DNA of 47,844 nt, filler included, from Sphacelaria rigidula (taxonomy: Eukaryota), in the NCBI GenBank assembly GCA_964200075.2. It is 2 parts of 2 records of this genome, joined end to end, with 100 filler letters (N's around TTAATTAATTAA, not from the genome) between each part and the next. Parts side by side here need not be neighbours in the genome. Positions count along the whole stretch, not along the records: positions 1 to 23,878 come from CAXNAA020000241.1; 1 more part is not named here. The stretch is one strand, 5' to 3'. Positions 1 to 12,437 of this stretch are shown here, one piece after another. Positions within the stretch are counted from its first letter, which is position 1; every line of letters starts with the position of its first letter. The position numbers and the translations under genes were made by a program. The notes under the pieces are model-generated. The model was not told the DNA's origin and searched no databases. It worked only from the letters and a program-made list of their open reading frames with translations.

Positions 1-184
1 ACATAAACACCGACGGGAAGCGCAGCATGACACCGGCGCGCGCCGCCCCCGGGGGGACGGGGGGGGCTATCGTAGAAAGTGTCATCCGATGAGATGAAAA
101 CAATAGGGTATGAAGGTTGTTGGCAGCCAAAGGAGCAGGCCATCAAAACACAACCAGCCCCATGTCCTGCATAGAATGACGCAC

Positions 185-3100
185 CCTTCAGCTTTGGCCT
201 GCTCGAACCCCCGTCGTAAGATGTCCGGTTTCACCACCTGTCCCGCGAATATAGTTCCAAGACAAGGTGGCGCGTCGGAAGTAAATAGCAGGTTTCAGGA
301 GCGATACGCGTGCGTGATGGGGGGCGCGCGTGGAAAATGACGGTCTACACCAGGTATTAGCTGTAACTTACCTCTTTTCTTCTGAATTTCTCTTGCTGTT
401 ACCCCCTTGCTCGAGCTTGCTTTTACGAGTATTTCCCGTGTATAGTATCCCTTTGTGTGTGTGTGTGTGTGTGTGCGTTCATCTCGTGGCCGAGGCTGAA
501 TTCGTAGAGGATCAAGTAATGCTTATGTGCCGTGCATTGATCACCAGAGAAACACGACTTGGAAGCACAGCTGCTGCCGTGCCGTGTGCAGGGCATGCTC
601 TGGAACACTGCTCAACTTTGTTCAGAAGGAACGGGCGCAACTACCAACACAAGACATGATCGCCCGCAGAACGATGTCGTCCCCCGGATTCTCAGTCACA
701 CCACAGCAACACATCACACAGACATACGCACAGGTATCAGATCGCGTTAGCGTTTCAAGATCGGGAACACTTTTCCCATGAAGAAAAATAAAATAGAGAA
801 ATATTAGTGTAAGCAAAAATGAAGAGAAAAAAACACAGTCTCTTGTCTCGCAACTATGCCGCGTCAGAGTGTAATCAACAGCACGCTGTCGTGCCGTGCG
901 CGTGCCTAACACACCTTCGAAAGAGAACAGCATGTTATCTAAAAACCATACCCTGGACAAAAGAACACACGGTCAAAAAATCTACTGCGTATAGTATGGG
1001 ATCTATTGTCTAATGCAATACAAAATAGATCCCATACTGTACGCAGTACATTTTTTGACCGTGTACTCTTTTGTCCAGGGTATGCTAAAAACGCATCCAA
1101 GCTCAAGCGCAGGCACGTGAGGTTGCTCTTCTCATGCATACCTGAGGAGTTTGTATGTCCCAAAGGCGGCTACGGTCGATGGTTCGCAGCACGAATTGTC
1201 CGTCCTCACTCTCCTGCACGCACAAAATCAACAGAATCCCAAGTCGGGTAAAGCAGGGGCGAGAACACAGCAACGCTGGTATCCACGGGTGACAGGTACG
1301 GTGTACAATACGTGTACAATACCGGCATGGTGTACCGCGGACCACCATACCAACTGCCACATTCTGCACGCATGCTGGAGGTTTCACCACCTTCCGTAAC
1401 AACTGACCGACTCACATTTCCCACGTCGATACTTCCTACCAAAATACAGGCCTGGCGAACGATTATTCGTAAAAATAAGGCGCTATGTGGGCTCAGTCAA
1501 CCGAGCACTCCATGTAGATCATGGCAATAGATGACAGGTGCACCATAGAGCCACACTGATCACCTTGACAGTGGCCTTCATCAGCACCCCGAGCACAGCG
1601 GCGCCGTGTTTATCTGCATCATTGATGACCTGAAACATACAGAAACAAAACACACAACACAGGGGTAAAATAAATCAGGGCAAAGGCTATGAATAATATG
1701 TACAGTAGTGGGCGGTCTAACTATTCAGCGTTTTTTTTTGGATTTTCCTCGCGTACTACTCTTCGATAGAACTCGAAATTACTAGCGTCGGTAGCTTTTG
1801 GTACAAAAACCAGATCACCTTAGTAACACAGTGCCCAAGTCAGTGCTATTTGGTGTTATCGGGCGGAACGAACAAATACCCCGTTCATCAGGAGCGTGTT
1901 ATTGACCGTGAAGCACAGTTTTTCGGCTCTAGTGCAATGGGTGGGCAGAATTTCAAAGAATAAAACTGTACATTTTTTCAGAAATATGATCTGGACAGGC
2001 TCGATCGACCGAAAATACCGAAGAGTAAGAATCCGGACTGAAACGTCGCAGGACCCCCGATGACCGGTCAGTCCGTAAGTCACTCAATATTGAGTACAGA
2101 TAAAAAAAATGTTTTGGAATGTGGAGCGGATACAAATATATTCTGATCCCCAATGTGATCAGCGGTGGCAAGCGAAAAGAGCTCACGTAAATCGCCAATT
2201 ACGAAGAAATCACAAAATGCCTCGAAATGAATACTTAGATCGCCCACTACTGTATGTATGTATGTATGTATCAGAAGTGCGCTCGAGAAACCACCAATAT
2301 ATATATATATATACTGTAGCATAGCGCCCTCCAGATATGGTGCAAATACAAAGTGGAAACGGACAGATGACGCCTTCATGATTGGTATGGAGGTTGGTGT
2401 ACGCTGGAGTTGTGCCGAAGGCATGCGCTGCAAACGCACGGAAACGGCATCGGTGACAGGGTAAAGGGTGCTCGGTATCGGCTGCGTGAGTGCTTCACCA
2501 CCGGTATCTCCACAGGGGTTTGAGGGTAACGCGTGCATACTGTGGTATCCACAGGCTTCAGTTGCTAGTCCGGAAGTAATTTTGTGCCGGCACACCTTGC
2601 GGCCATAAACACGCCACAGCAGCAATAGTAACGGCAAAAACGAAGCTAACATTTCACCTTGCGCACGCACGCCTTCGTCACGAGCGGCCTCGCCGCATCG
2701 TGGATGCACACCAGCGAGGCGCTAGCGTCCACTTTCTGCAGAGCGTTGAAAACAGAGTCCTGACGCTCCCTGGAACGGGCAACGGCAACAACAGCAACAT
2801 CAGCAACGACAACAAGGACAGGGACGAAGCATGCGGTTCGGTGGTTGGTGGTCAAGTCCAACTGTTGGGTAGATTTTTACGCAGCCTTGGCCACCATGTT
2901 GTGGTGCCCATGGGAGTCCAGTAGCTTGAGGTTCGTGTTGAAGCCGAAGTACCTGTGTAGTGCAGCATTTGCAAGCCCTGTCATGCATCAACGACGCATG
3001 AAACGCAGTACCCCATGCTGATACATCCTACACAACTTTGGCAAAATATCGTAAAACGCAACACCACATCATATAGACTGCTGCTTCGCAGCGAAAGTAA

Positions 3101-6100
3101 TCAAAACGTGTCTTCGGGAGTTTTCCAGGGCTGCCTTCGATCATGGTATTTGGGAAATAGAAGCACAGCATGGTACTCACCGCACTTTTGCGATATCACC
3201 GCGGCACACAGTGTGCGGTATCTGTGAAGTGCAGTACGGGACCCGGTGATAGCATTTTACTTGGTTTCGCCGGGTAACATAACATGTTTCTACGAAACTG
3301 CGGTATGCTATAGTGCAGGGTCAGGCGAGTCCAGTACACACCATGACAAACTTCGATGGTTACGGTTGCCCCGAGAATCGCAGTTTTCGGCATGCCCCAT
3401 GCACAACGGTACCACACATGGTATGCATGTACGCGTTGGGAATCGCTGCATAATTTTCAACCCTGAGAGTCATCGCGCAGGCGCAAAAGAACCATGGGCA
3501 GAGAAGATAGCTTTGAATGTGTGTGTGTGTTGTCGTCCCATCTATTCTGGACGCCTGTCTACACCTTTCGGTATATGTGGGCACATCAGCCGGGGTCACT
3601 CAGGAGGAAGGCCAACACAGGAGTTTTTCTCGTTTTTGTTCGTTTTTAGTTCTCCTCCTACCTTGTGCGGTGCTTGCGCTTATTATTCTTCATCACCAGA
3701 GTGGTTGAGCCGTCCCTTTCTCTCGTAGACCATTAAGCCGAATTTGGTGTACACACGACATGGTCGCTATTCACTGTTGGGCACTATTTGAGAAAAATTC
3801 TCAGATCGCTTCGAGATTCGAACCCACGACCCAACAGTAAAAAACTTTCGAGGTTTTACCAACTGAGCCACCGGGGCGACCGGCTTAGCTGGACCTCCAT
3901 ATTCTACAATTAATGGTTTCATGTTGACTTTCGAGCCGAACGCTATGAAATCCATAGGGTGGTACGAAGTGCTTTTGATCGGCACGGGTGATGCACGGCA
4001 AGGCACAGCACGGTACGATGCGATGCCGTGGACCCTCGCGATACCACGGTGCGGTGCGGTGGTTTATGCACGGCGCACCATATCTGATATATAACATACA
4101 ACTCGTAAATGACGAGTATAAATGACAATTTTGGCAGGCGATAAGTGAATAGCATACAATAGGCCACAACTGTAACCAAGCGGTGTACAATGAACTAACT
4201 CACTTTCCGGGATCGGCGAACACCAGCCTCTTCTCTGTTTTCCGCAGACCCTCAAACTTGTCGCGGTACTGTTCGTCCAGCACGAGAACAAGCCTGCTCC
4301 ACCATCAACATTTGACATTTTTATAAAACGCTCGAGGATGGGGGATTCACGGAGGGTGGGTCCACAAACACAATGCAACAAACAGCCTAGCTATCGCCCA
4401 CGACGGTAAGCATGGAGATACCCGCAGTGAGGTACAGTACGACACAACGCAGCAAGCGTGCAGGGGCAATCCTATTTGCAGCTGCTTCCGAACGGTACCA
4501 ACAAAGGGGGGGAGAACGTCGAACGGCACGCACAAGCGGGCACTCTCACTAGCGTCAACTACCGGGAGACCGACTGTATCAAAATATGCAATCACGTGGG
4601 ATTGAAAACACGGAAAACAAATGAAAAGAAGACACTCTGCAAAACCGGATATGGCTTGGAGGATGACTATAACGTTGACCTCCTGCAAGCGTTCGTTGCG
4701 GAAACGTTCGATCCGTGTGTCTTTCGCCAGAACAAGAGCAGCAGCAGCAGCAAAGTGCGAGACTAGCTTATGTAAACGAAGCGTACTCTGTCAGTGGCAA
4801 TTGGGCGCAAGCCACTGCTGCTGTTCTTGGGGAACCCAACAAATCATCTCACTGGCTGATGCCGTGAAGGTTGAGGAATAGATCCAGACTGTGCTCCAAG
4901 ACTGGCTTCCCTTGGAGCTCCAGAAATTGCTTCGGTCTGCGGCGGGCCACGATGAAGACGCGTGAGGTGAACAAGGATACATGAAGCGTTCACGTTGTGG
5001 GTGAGTGGGTAGATGGAAAAGGTATTTAGCGGAGAAACTCAGCCCCGCCGCACCCCTGTGGCCAAAGTAGGACATTGTTTATCGGTTTGGGGGGATTAGT
5101 AGTAGTAGTGAGGTTCAGTCCCGACAGCAATGATTTATTTAACGGGTCTCCGTCGTAGAAAGCGTGAGAACGTGGGTCAACGAAAAATCCGATGAAAGTC
5201 GACGACCTGCAGTAGTGCCGATCCACAGCTTGCAAGGCAGATGTCGGGGGAGAGATTGGCTGACTTCTTGAAGCTACAGGCTCGCCCCGAGGAAGGAAGC
5301 GCAGTCAAAAGTATGACAAGCAAAGTTTATATCGTCCTTTCAAAGTCCGCTGCTTTCTAGCACAGGCTAACTGAAGGTTACTGACATTACTGTGACACAT
5401 CTTGATTACGCAATTTTGTTCGACGCAGTTGGCAGTACCCTGAACCGACATCTTCCGTACGGGTCATACACAAGTCTTGTGACGAGTCTGGTGTAGCCAA
5501 CATAATCACTCGGTTTGCGCTCCAGTTGGTTGGAAAAGCTGAACGAGTACAATGCTTGTGCTAGAGGTCGAGCATCGGCGGCTGTACCAGGGTACCAGCT
5601 TTTGTCCACGACACAAGTGAGCACATGAAAGGCTCATACAGCACCCTTCGAAGCGCCATTGCATACATCTGCCACCATCGCTCACTTATCTGCCTCCATT
5701 CGCTTGCCGACTCCCCCAGCAAGAAGGATAGCTGCCACGTTCTCCGCCTACACAGCAGCACGGGGATAGCACGCAGGAGGAGATTCCACCATCGGACAAC
5801 ATCGTGGCAGTATCGACCGCGAAGGGTATAGCGTTATACATCGAGTGTACCAGTATGAGTCTAGCCTCTCCTTCACCGCAACTTTACTACCGGCGCTCTG
5901 TAGGCGCCGCGGCCAAGCACAAAAAGAAGATTAAACTTTTGTTTGTTCACTGGGTGGTCTCTCCTGGATCTAATTCTGCTATCGCCCATGTCTTATCTCT
6001 GTGGCGATGAACTGAGCCCCCTGCACTTTGGCAATCCCAAGGATGAAGAGGAACCTCTACTTCAGCATGAAAAACTCACATTAGAAGATCACAAGCAATT

Positions 6101-6172
6101 CATGGCCCTTGAACTGAAACCCACCTTCATGGACAACCCACCGGTGGAGCTAGCTCTCCTTGCAGACGCCGC
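185..6172 (-). CDS. ispD: 2-C-methyl-D-erythritol 4-phosphate cytidylyltransferase (IspD, MEP pathway), multi-exon; continues beyond the window start, signal-peptide exon(s) unresolved
   Basis: GT-AG exons in transcript order, all phases matching: 6172-6125 (AASARRASSTGGLSMK, transit-peptide-like), 5747-5686 (AENVAAILLAGGVGKRMEAD), 4936-4853 (KPKQFLELQGKPVLEHSLDLFLNLHGIS), 4293-4204 (LVLVLDEQYRDKFEGLRKTEKRLVFADPG), 2769-2658 (ERQDSVFNALQKVDASASLVCIHDAARPLVTKACVRK), 1629-1564 (VINDADKHGAAVLGVLMKATVK), 1213-1142 (ESEDGQFVLRTIDRSRLWDIQTPQ), 237-185 (VVKPDILRRGFEQAKAE). IspD motifs LAGGxGxRM, PKQF, RQDSV, HDAARP and QTPQ are all present. Confidence 0.96.
454..475. repeat. (TG)n microsatellite
   Basis: Pure TG run in an ispD intron. 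Confidence 0.9.
951..1080. mobile_element. Hairpin MITE with TA flanks (Tc1/mariner-like)
   Basis: Near-perfect inverted arms of about 57 bp (CCCTGGACAAAAG...CTTTTGTCCAGGG), a short loop, and TA on both sides. Confidence 0.8.
3518..3881 (-). mobile_element. tRNA-headed SINE family 1, full-length copy
   Basis: Minus strand starts GGTCGCCCCGGTGGCTCAGTTGG (A box), has GGTTCGAATC (B box) and ends GGGACGACA(AC)n. Homologous to copies at 19054, 39137 and 40369. Confidence 0.85.
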
Positions 6173-9100
6173 CTGGGAAGCAACATGATACATTTTACGG
6201 CCATGCGGGGCGGAGAATAGAGCGCGTTAGCCGCTGAGAGGTATTGCAATGGTGTTGCCACACTGGTCATCTTGTCCAACTATGGCTATCTTTCTCTTCT
6301 CTTTCTGAATGACACGAAGGAGCGTTAATCATACACTAGAGTTGTGGTACGGACCATCTTTCTCCGCGGTTGAAGGGCTAAGGTTGACTCGTTTCGCGTA
6401 AATGACTTCACCCAGTAGCTGGATAGCCGATAAGCAAAGCAATGAGGCAGGTCGCACCCATGTGTTTACAATAGCAAAAATGGTCCGGTGGCGTTTCGCC
6501 CTTCTCAAATGACCTAAACACGACATTTGAAGAAGAATCACAGTAAAGAGGACTTTTCATGGTCCGAGTCCAGGTGCATAACTTGCAATGGACTGCATAG
6601 CCTGTACATTGTAGTGCTCTGGTGAACACTACACCATACCCCGTGCCAGCCTCACCCCCGCCCCCGCGAATTCAAAAGTCCTCAACAACGCAGTAGCACG
6701 CGTGCGTCACATGCTCTACATATTTCTAGCGTATGATGTGTTATATGCGAGATGGCCTCGAGGCCTCAGTGACACTATACTGTTTGTTATATGGAGGCCT
6801 GATATACCGTGGGGCGGGCGCGGGAGTTGCACTCGCAAGAGAGGGGGAAAACGTGTTCGGGTTTTGTGCGGCAAATCACGCTATTTCTTCTTCGTGATGG
6901 GCTCTAGGACTCTTTTTCTTCGGTTATCAAAGGACTACACAATCGCGCACCCCATGAGAGAAGAAGAATTGCTGGTACTACTGTCCGAAGCAAAAACTTT
7001 TACTATCGTCATCCTGACATCGACGAGTCAATTTCCGCTCACACGGCCCTGTACGAAATACTTCCAATTAGCGGTGGCACAATAGCACATCGGGTACAGC
7101 GGGGAATGGCGGAAAAGGTCTGGAAGCGCGTTCAATGGGCTATCGTTATGGTCCAAAAAGCGTGATGCTCCACGGACGTCGCCGTTCGAAATCTTCTTTC
7201 AATCTGATCACGAATATGAGGCACATGTATTAATGCTCTTTGTATCACATTTATTAATCTTCGCATGAAACTGACTGGCGACAGGTCCATGTGGTACAGT
7301 CTATACTGCATGGTACTGTGCATACCAAACCAACTGTTTTACAGTGCACGTTTGTATGGCCTCATACAAAACGCGCGCTGTCTGACTCACGAGCACGAGC
7401 CCGAAGGCTGCGTAACAAGTGCTGTGATTCGCTCCAGTGTTTGCAAGTCAAGCGGATGTGCTACGCTCGCAACGACTGCTTACGCATGCGCTCCATTCAG
7501 CGTGCAAAACCTGGTAACGAAAAAGCTCAGAAAAAATTACTTGTACCTCAGACCGCCTTTGTACATCAACAAAGGGCCACAGGTTTTTGCTCGAGTTTTG
7601 GAACAAAAAAATTCCAAGCCTATGCTAGACCCACTACATTTCCTGCCGTGCACTGTGTAAAGCCGCCTAATTTTTCATGGATCATCACCCGAGAAACAGT
7701 TGAAAGTTTTGGAGAGGTGCTTCGTGTTCTGTGTCCGCGTGAACCTACTCTCACGTACGGCCGAGTCCGATTTCTGTTTTCGCTGTGTGGTTTCGAGTTG
7801 AGGGCAGAATACTGAAAACTGTATAAACTTGATGTTTCTCAAACGTGCTCACAACGCCCAGAATACCGCCGCGACCGTACTCAGGGTCTTGTACGTGGGA
7901 ATTCTATGGTACAAGCTGGCGATATATATCAAAGTTGCCGTTTGACGCGCGCACATGGTGGGCTTCAACGGTTGCCGAGGCAACCGTTTCCCCTCATGTC
8001 GGGAACGGGGAAACACCGGACATGATAAGGGATGGTTTTCCTTCTTATATTGCAAAAAGATCTCCGCACCGTATACCAAGCGACTCCCAAGCAGCCGCAC
8101 ATCCCCCCCAGAGGGTCGACTTTCATGTGCAGCGGTTTTCTACACACTTTTGCACACATGATCAGTGCGGTTCTTGTGCTTTCACACCAGATACACGATA
8201 CCGTCGGGTATCCATGTACAAGCTCTGGTATGCGAGGACTGCGGCTGGGAGCATCTGCTGTCTTGTACTAGGCATGTGTTTTTTGTGTATAACACAAGCA
8301 GAACAGGACCAGCGACGTTCGACCCGCGCAATACATGAAAGCTTGAAATGTGCAACGGGGGCTCGCACGTACACACCCTAGCCTCAAATCTCTAGAATCG
8401 GCCAAACATAGGCGGGGTGACAAGCTGCTTACTGCGTCATCATCCACTCTCCGCCTGGTTGTAATAAATTATTTCTCATTCCCCACAAAAGACTCGCCGA
8501 GGCTACGACGCTTCGCAGGATCCACGTGAATCACGTGATGGTGATAAGGGGGGGGAAACGATGGCGCATCAGCGTAGTGCGGTACCATGCAAATATCGCA
8601 CGACACAACCAGTAAAAACAGGTGCCACAGCCAGTGGCGATGCACCCTCCGAACAACGCCGCGAGTCAGCTGCCGAGGACAATTGGTAGGACGGGCACCG
8701 CATGAACTACCCGGAATGCCACCGTACTATCACCGCCAGAATGATCCATTGAATGGACATTTGACATTGTGTTAACAGCATCTAGCTGCCGTGATACTCT
8801 AGCGATTACTCGCATCGACAGCGATCGAACTCACACCAACTTCAACACTCTGTGGTAAACTCGAATCCCCGGGCTTATCCGACACTTAATAGTCATCACC
8901 CGTGCAAGAATTACGCTTATACACTACACGCCAAGCAATCATCGATGTGCATTTTCCGTGTGAGGGTCGAGTCAAGATCTCGTTCTCCGCGAAGGGCTGT
9001 CACAGTACAGTACAGTATAGCACAGTACAGTGGTTGGACCCAACCGTACGAGAGACGCCTTTCTGCGCCGAATATACAGGGGGCCAGGTGCCCGAGAAAG

Positions 9101-9479
9101 CCTCCGGGAACTTGCAGCAAGAGAACAAAAGTCAAGAAGGCAACTCTCCCGGGAATGGAAAATCTGGTGCTACTTAGGCTGCACAGCGCGGTCAACCCGG
9201 CGCTGGTGGCAGCCTTGGACCAATGACGTTGTACGGAGTACAGTATAGCAGTACAGCACTGGTGCTGCCTTGCTGTGTGTCGAGTGTTCATGTATATTTC
9301 ACTGACGTTCTTTCGGGTCGAGTGTTTGCCTCATCCTGGCTCAAGATGCATTATGCATCACACGTCGACACGTATAGCCCCTTGCACGAGTTCCAGAAAA
9401 CATGAGGAGAAGACGAGGCATGCCACAATACCGGGGATGTCTCCATGTGCCAATCTCGACACCCAGTCACTGCGCTGTA

Positions 9480-10660
9480 CTGTACATGATCTTACACGAC
9501 GTGCTTGTTGACTGACCGCGCATCATATCATCATATCTCGTGCATACCTCAGGGTGATCCATACACTGACCTGAATTGAAGTGCTGCTGCCGAATATATG
9601 CGTTCCAACAAAAGCTGAAGCAGGTACAACGAGGACCAGAAGAAGGGGAATAATAGCCATGGCCGCTGCCACAGGCACAAGCACCTTTACCCCGCCCATC
9701 AGCGTCCAGCTCGTGTATATCTAGACCCATACCCTATTCCACGTTCAGACATGTACAAAATATATGCCATTATCCAAACCTGACCCATGAAACTCGTCTC
9801 TCTGCTCTCCAGAACAAAAACTACACAGTTTTACTGATATTCCACGCCAACATGGAATTTTACAGCATTGCCTGTATTTTGGAATAAGGAACATACTGCC
9901 TAATGTCCAGCACATATGATCATAATGTAGTATATAGTAATATCTCCTTGTTCGAATCTCTTAGGTTTTGACCTTGTTGGGACTGGCGACCATCATCAAC
10001 TGCGGGTCTGAAATGTTCGTAAACAATATCCAGATTCACGTTTGCCTCTCTGACCACATGCTACAGAACCAATACTTGTATATTTGTCGGGCGCCTACTG
10101 TTGTATCGCGGGGGACAGATAGACACCCCGGGAAAGCTGGGTGCACAATAAATAGTGGTGATCTAGTGGATAGAACACAAAACATTTACAACCCGCTGCA
10201 GTTGCCCTGAGCAGGCATTTAAAAGAAACACTCCGCCTCCGTTTTCAAGAGCAGGACACACCCGGTTTTGGAGAGCAGTCACGCGAAGTGTCATCGACAA
10301 TGGCATCAGCTTCGCGGATAATGGGAGCGGGCCGCCGCGCCACCGTCCTTGGCAAACACGGCCTACGCACGCCTTCCTCGAGTAAGCTGTCATGTAACAT
10401 AACGTCGGTCCAAGTGGCACGGAGTTTCAGTGTCCTGGAGAGTAAAACAGACAAGCATTTGCTCTCGGAGTTTGTCGGCGTGCGTGGGCCTGTTGCAGAA
10501 GAGGTGGGTCACATGCCGTGTCCCAGTTTTGGTAGGGAACGGGGGGTGGTACGATCTCGAGGAGTGATCTGCTGATAGCCACTGACGCTCTGCTTCGTAA
10601 GGTTAAGGAGTTGTGTTATTATGTGCTGTTGTTATCTGATCATGCTCATTCCTGCTTCTT
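9480..10660 (-). mobile_element. Possible degenerate Ty1/copia LTR-PBS-gag remnant
   Basis: Minus strand ...CA followed by PBS-like GTGGCTATCAGC (10582-10571), then interrupted reading frames including a GRGKG Gly-rich stretch and a Cys/His-rich, knuckle-like stretch (9730-9560). Weak evidence. Confidence 0.3.
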
Positions 10661-12437
10661 GTCCTCGGTTCTCAAAATTTGCGGCATGTTGTTTTACTTG
10701 GTGTTAGTCTGCCCCCGCGATGGACGCACGCAAGCACAGGTTTCAGATTGAACATTGGATGTGTGTTGATGTTCGCGGGTGCTGCAACTCTAGGTCGTCG
10801 ACCCGTTGCAGTTCATTGCCATGGGGTGCTTCACGTAAAGAAGATTATCGTTCCATGCTCATGCACACTTCAGTTGCAATCGCGTTTTGTGCTGTATATC
10901 TGTCGTGATGTCCCGGAACAGCAAACATGAGCAGCATGTCCCGAGTCGCGAGCGGAAACAGAAGCCAACATGCGCATTTTCAAGAACGTCATTTTGCGCA
11001 GCCAGTGCAGCACTGAACCAATCATAGTGTTCGATGACTGTGGGTGATCCGGTCCTACACATCCAAACCCAAAGATCGCCCTGTTGAGGGTACTAATTTC
11101 GGCGATGCGTTGTTGTTTTTCAGAGCTGCACTCCTCAATCGCATGGTGGTTCGCTTGCGATCCCCAACCACCGCTGACATTGTGTCCTACGGGCAGTGCG
11201 GTGGGTTTTGTGTGGAATGTGAAAATACTCCTTCAAGGTGAACACTACGCTTGCATTTATTGTAGATTCGAGAGAAGAGAGGAGCGACTCGCCGCTCACA
11301 TGCGCCCCAGGCAGTAATCACACCAGCGCAGCACACGTCAATGTGTTAGCTGTGCGGTCCCCTACCGAACCACCCTTAAACTACACTCTACTCTCCTGAC
11401 ATGTACAGTAGTGCGGTAGCGTGTTTTTACCCGCCGTGCTGCCGAACGGAAGCAGCGTATTGTTCCTTTCAATACGTGAACATTGCCATGTACACTACTG
11501 TTGTGTTATACGAGTAATGCACCGACAGCACTTGCAAGGCTTCACGTGTTGAACAGGAAGTTGTCCGTTACGATCAGTACCACTTCACTGCACTTGCATG
11601 GAATGGTATCCATCGACTCGCTACGCAGCACAAACAACAACAGTACAAAACGTGTGTATTCTTTGATTTCTCCCAAATTAGCCGCGGCACCCCGAGGACG
11701 ATTCCCTACAGTAGGCGCACGATGGTGCGAAATGGCACCAGATCGTGAAATGTAGCTCGGCTTTGGATCTCCAAAGATACTCCATCGATTGCAGGATTTA
11801 TAGGCGAAGACTGCCTAACAAAATCAACAGCCGCCCCGCGGCGAACATGAAGCGAATCATGTCGCACATGTGTTGTTCTTCAAACGCGACAAACCGTCAT
11901 GGCATTGAATGTATAACGGTGTACAACATGGTTGACCGAGCATGGTGCGCTACAGCCGACAACGGTCGATCGGAATCTGCGCATCGAAGCGGTATTTCGC
12001 CCTGTTTTGGAGAAGCGGGTTTACATTCGTTCATCTTGTGATATCGGTGGCATCCCTCGGTGATCACTTTTCGTCAAAGTTTGGCGCTGTACCCACGCGT
12101 ACAGTACACCCCTCTATCGGGGTACGTTGTATTATCACTCCAGAAATATTTATCCGGGGGGATGCGAGTACATGTTAGAGAACTCAAAAGCTCATCACCC
12201 GGGGGTCATGAACGCCATTTCGTACGCTACTTACACGCGGAAGACTCGATGAGCATGCACCGTCGTTGTCCAGCCTTGCTGCAGCGCAGTTATGGTGGTA
12301 CTCTTAACTGGAGTTCAGTACGGGTCCGTTCCCACCTTCGTCAGTCCAATCTCAAGTTCTTCATTTTAACCCTCGAGCAGCGCACCCTCAACTGCAGTCC
12401 ACCAAACGTCGCATACGCCCGATTAAAGCTTGCACAG

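Noticed and set aside
4340-6190. Degraded plus-strand gene (ORFs 4458-4766 and 5943-6188)
   Set aside because: The coding-like signal is explained by antisense ispD exons; no recognisable domain on plus.
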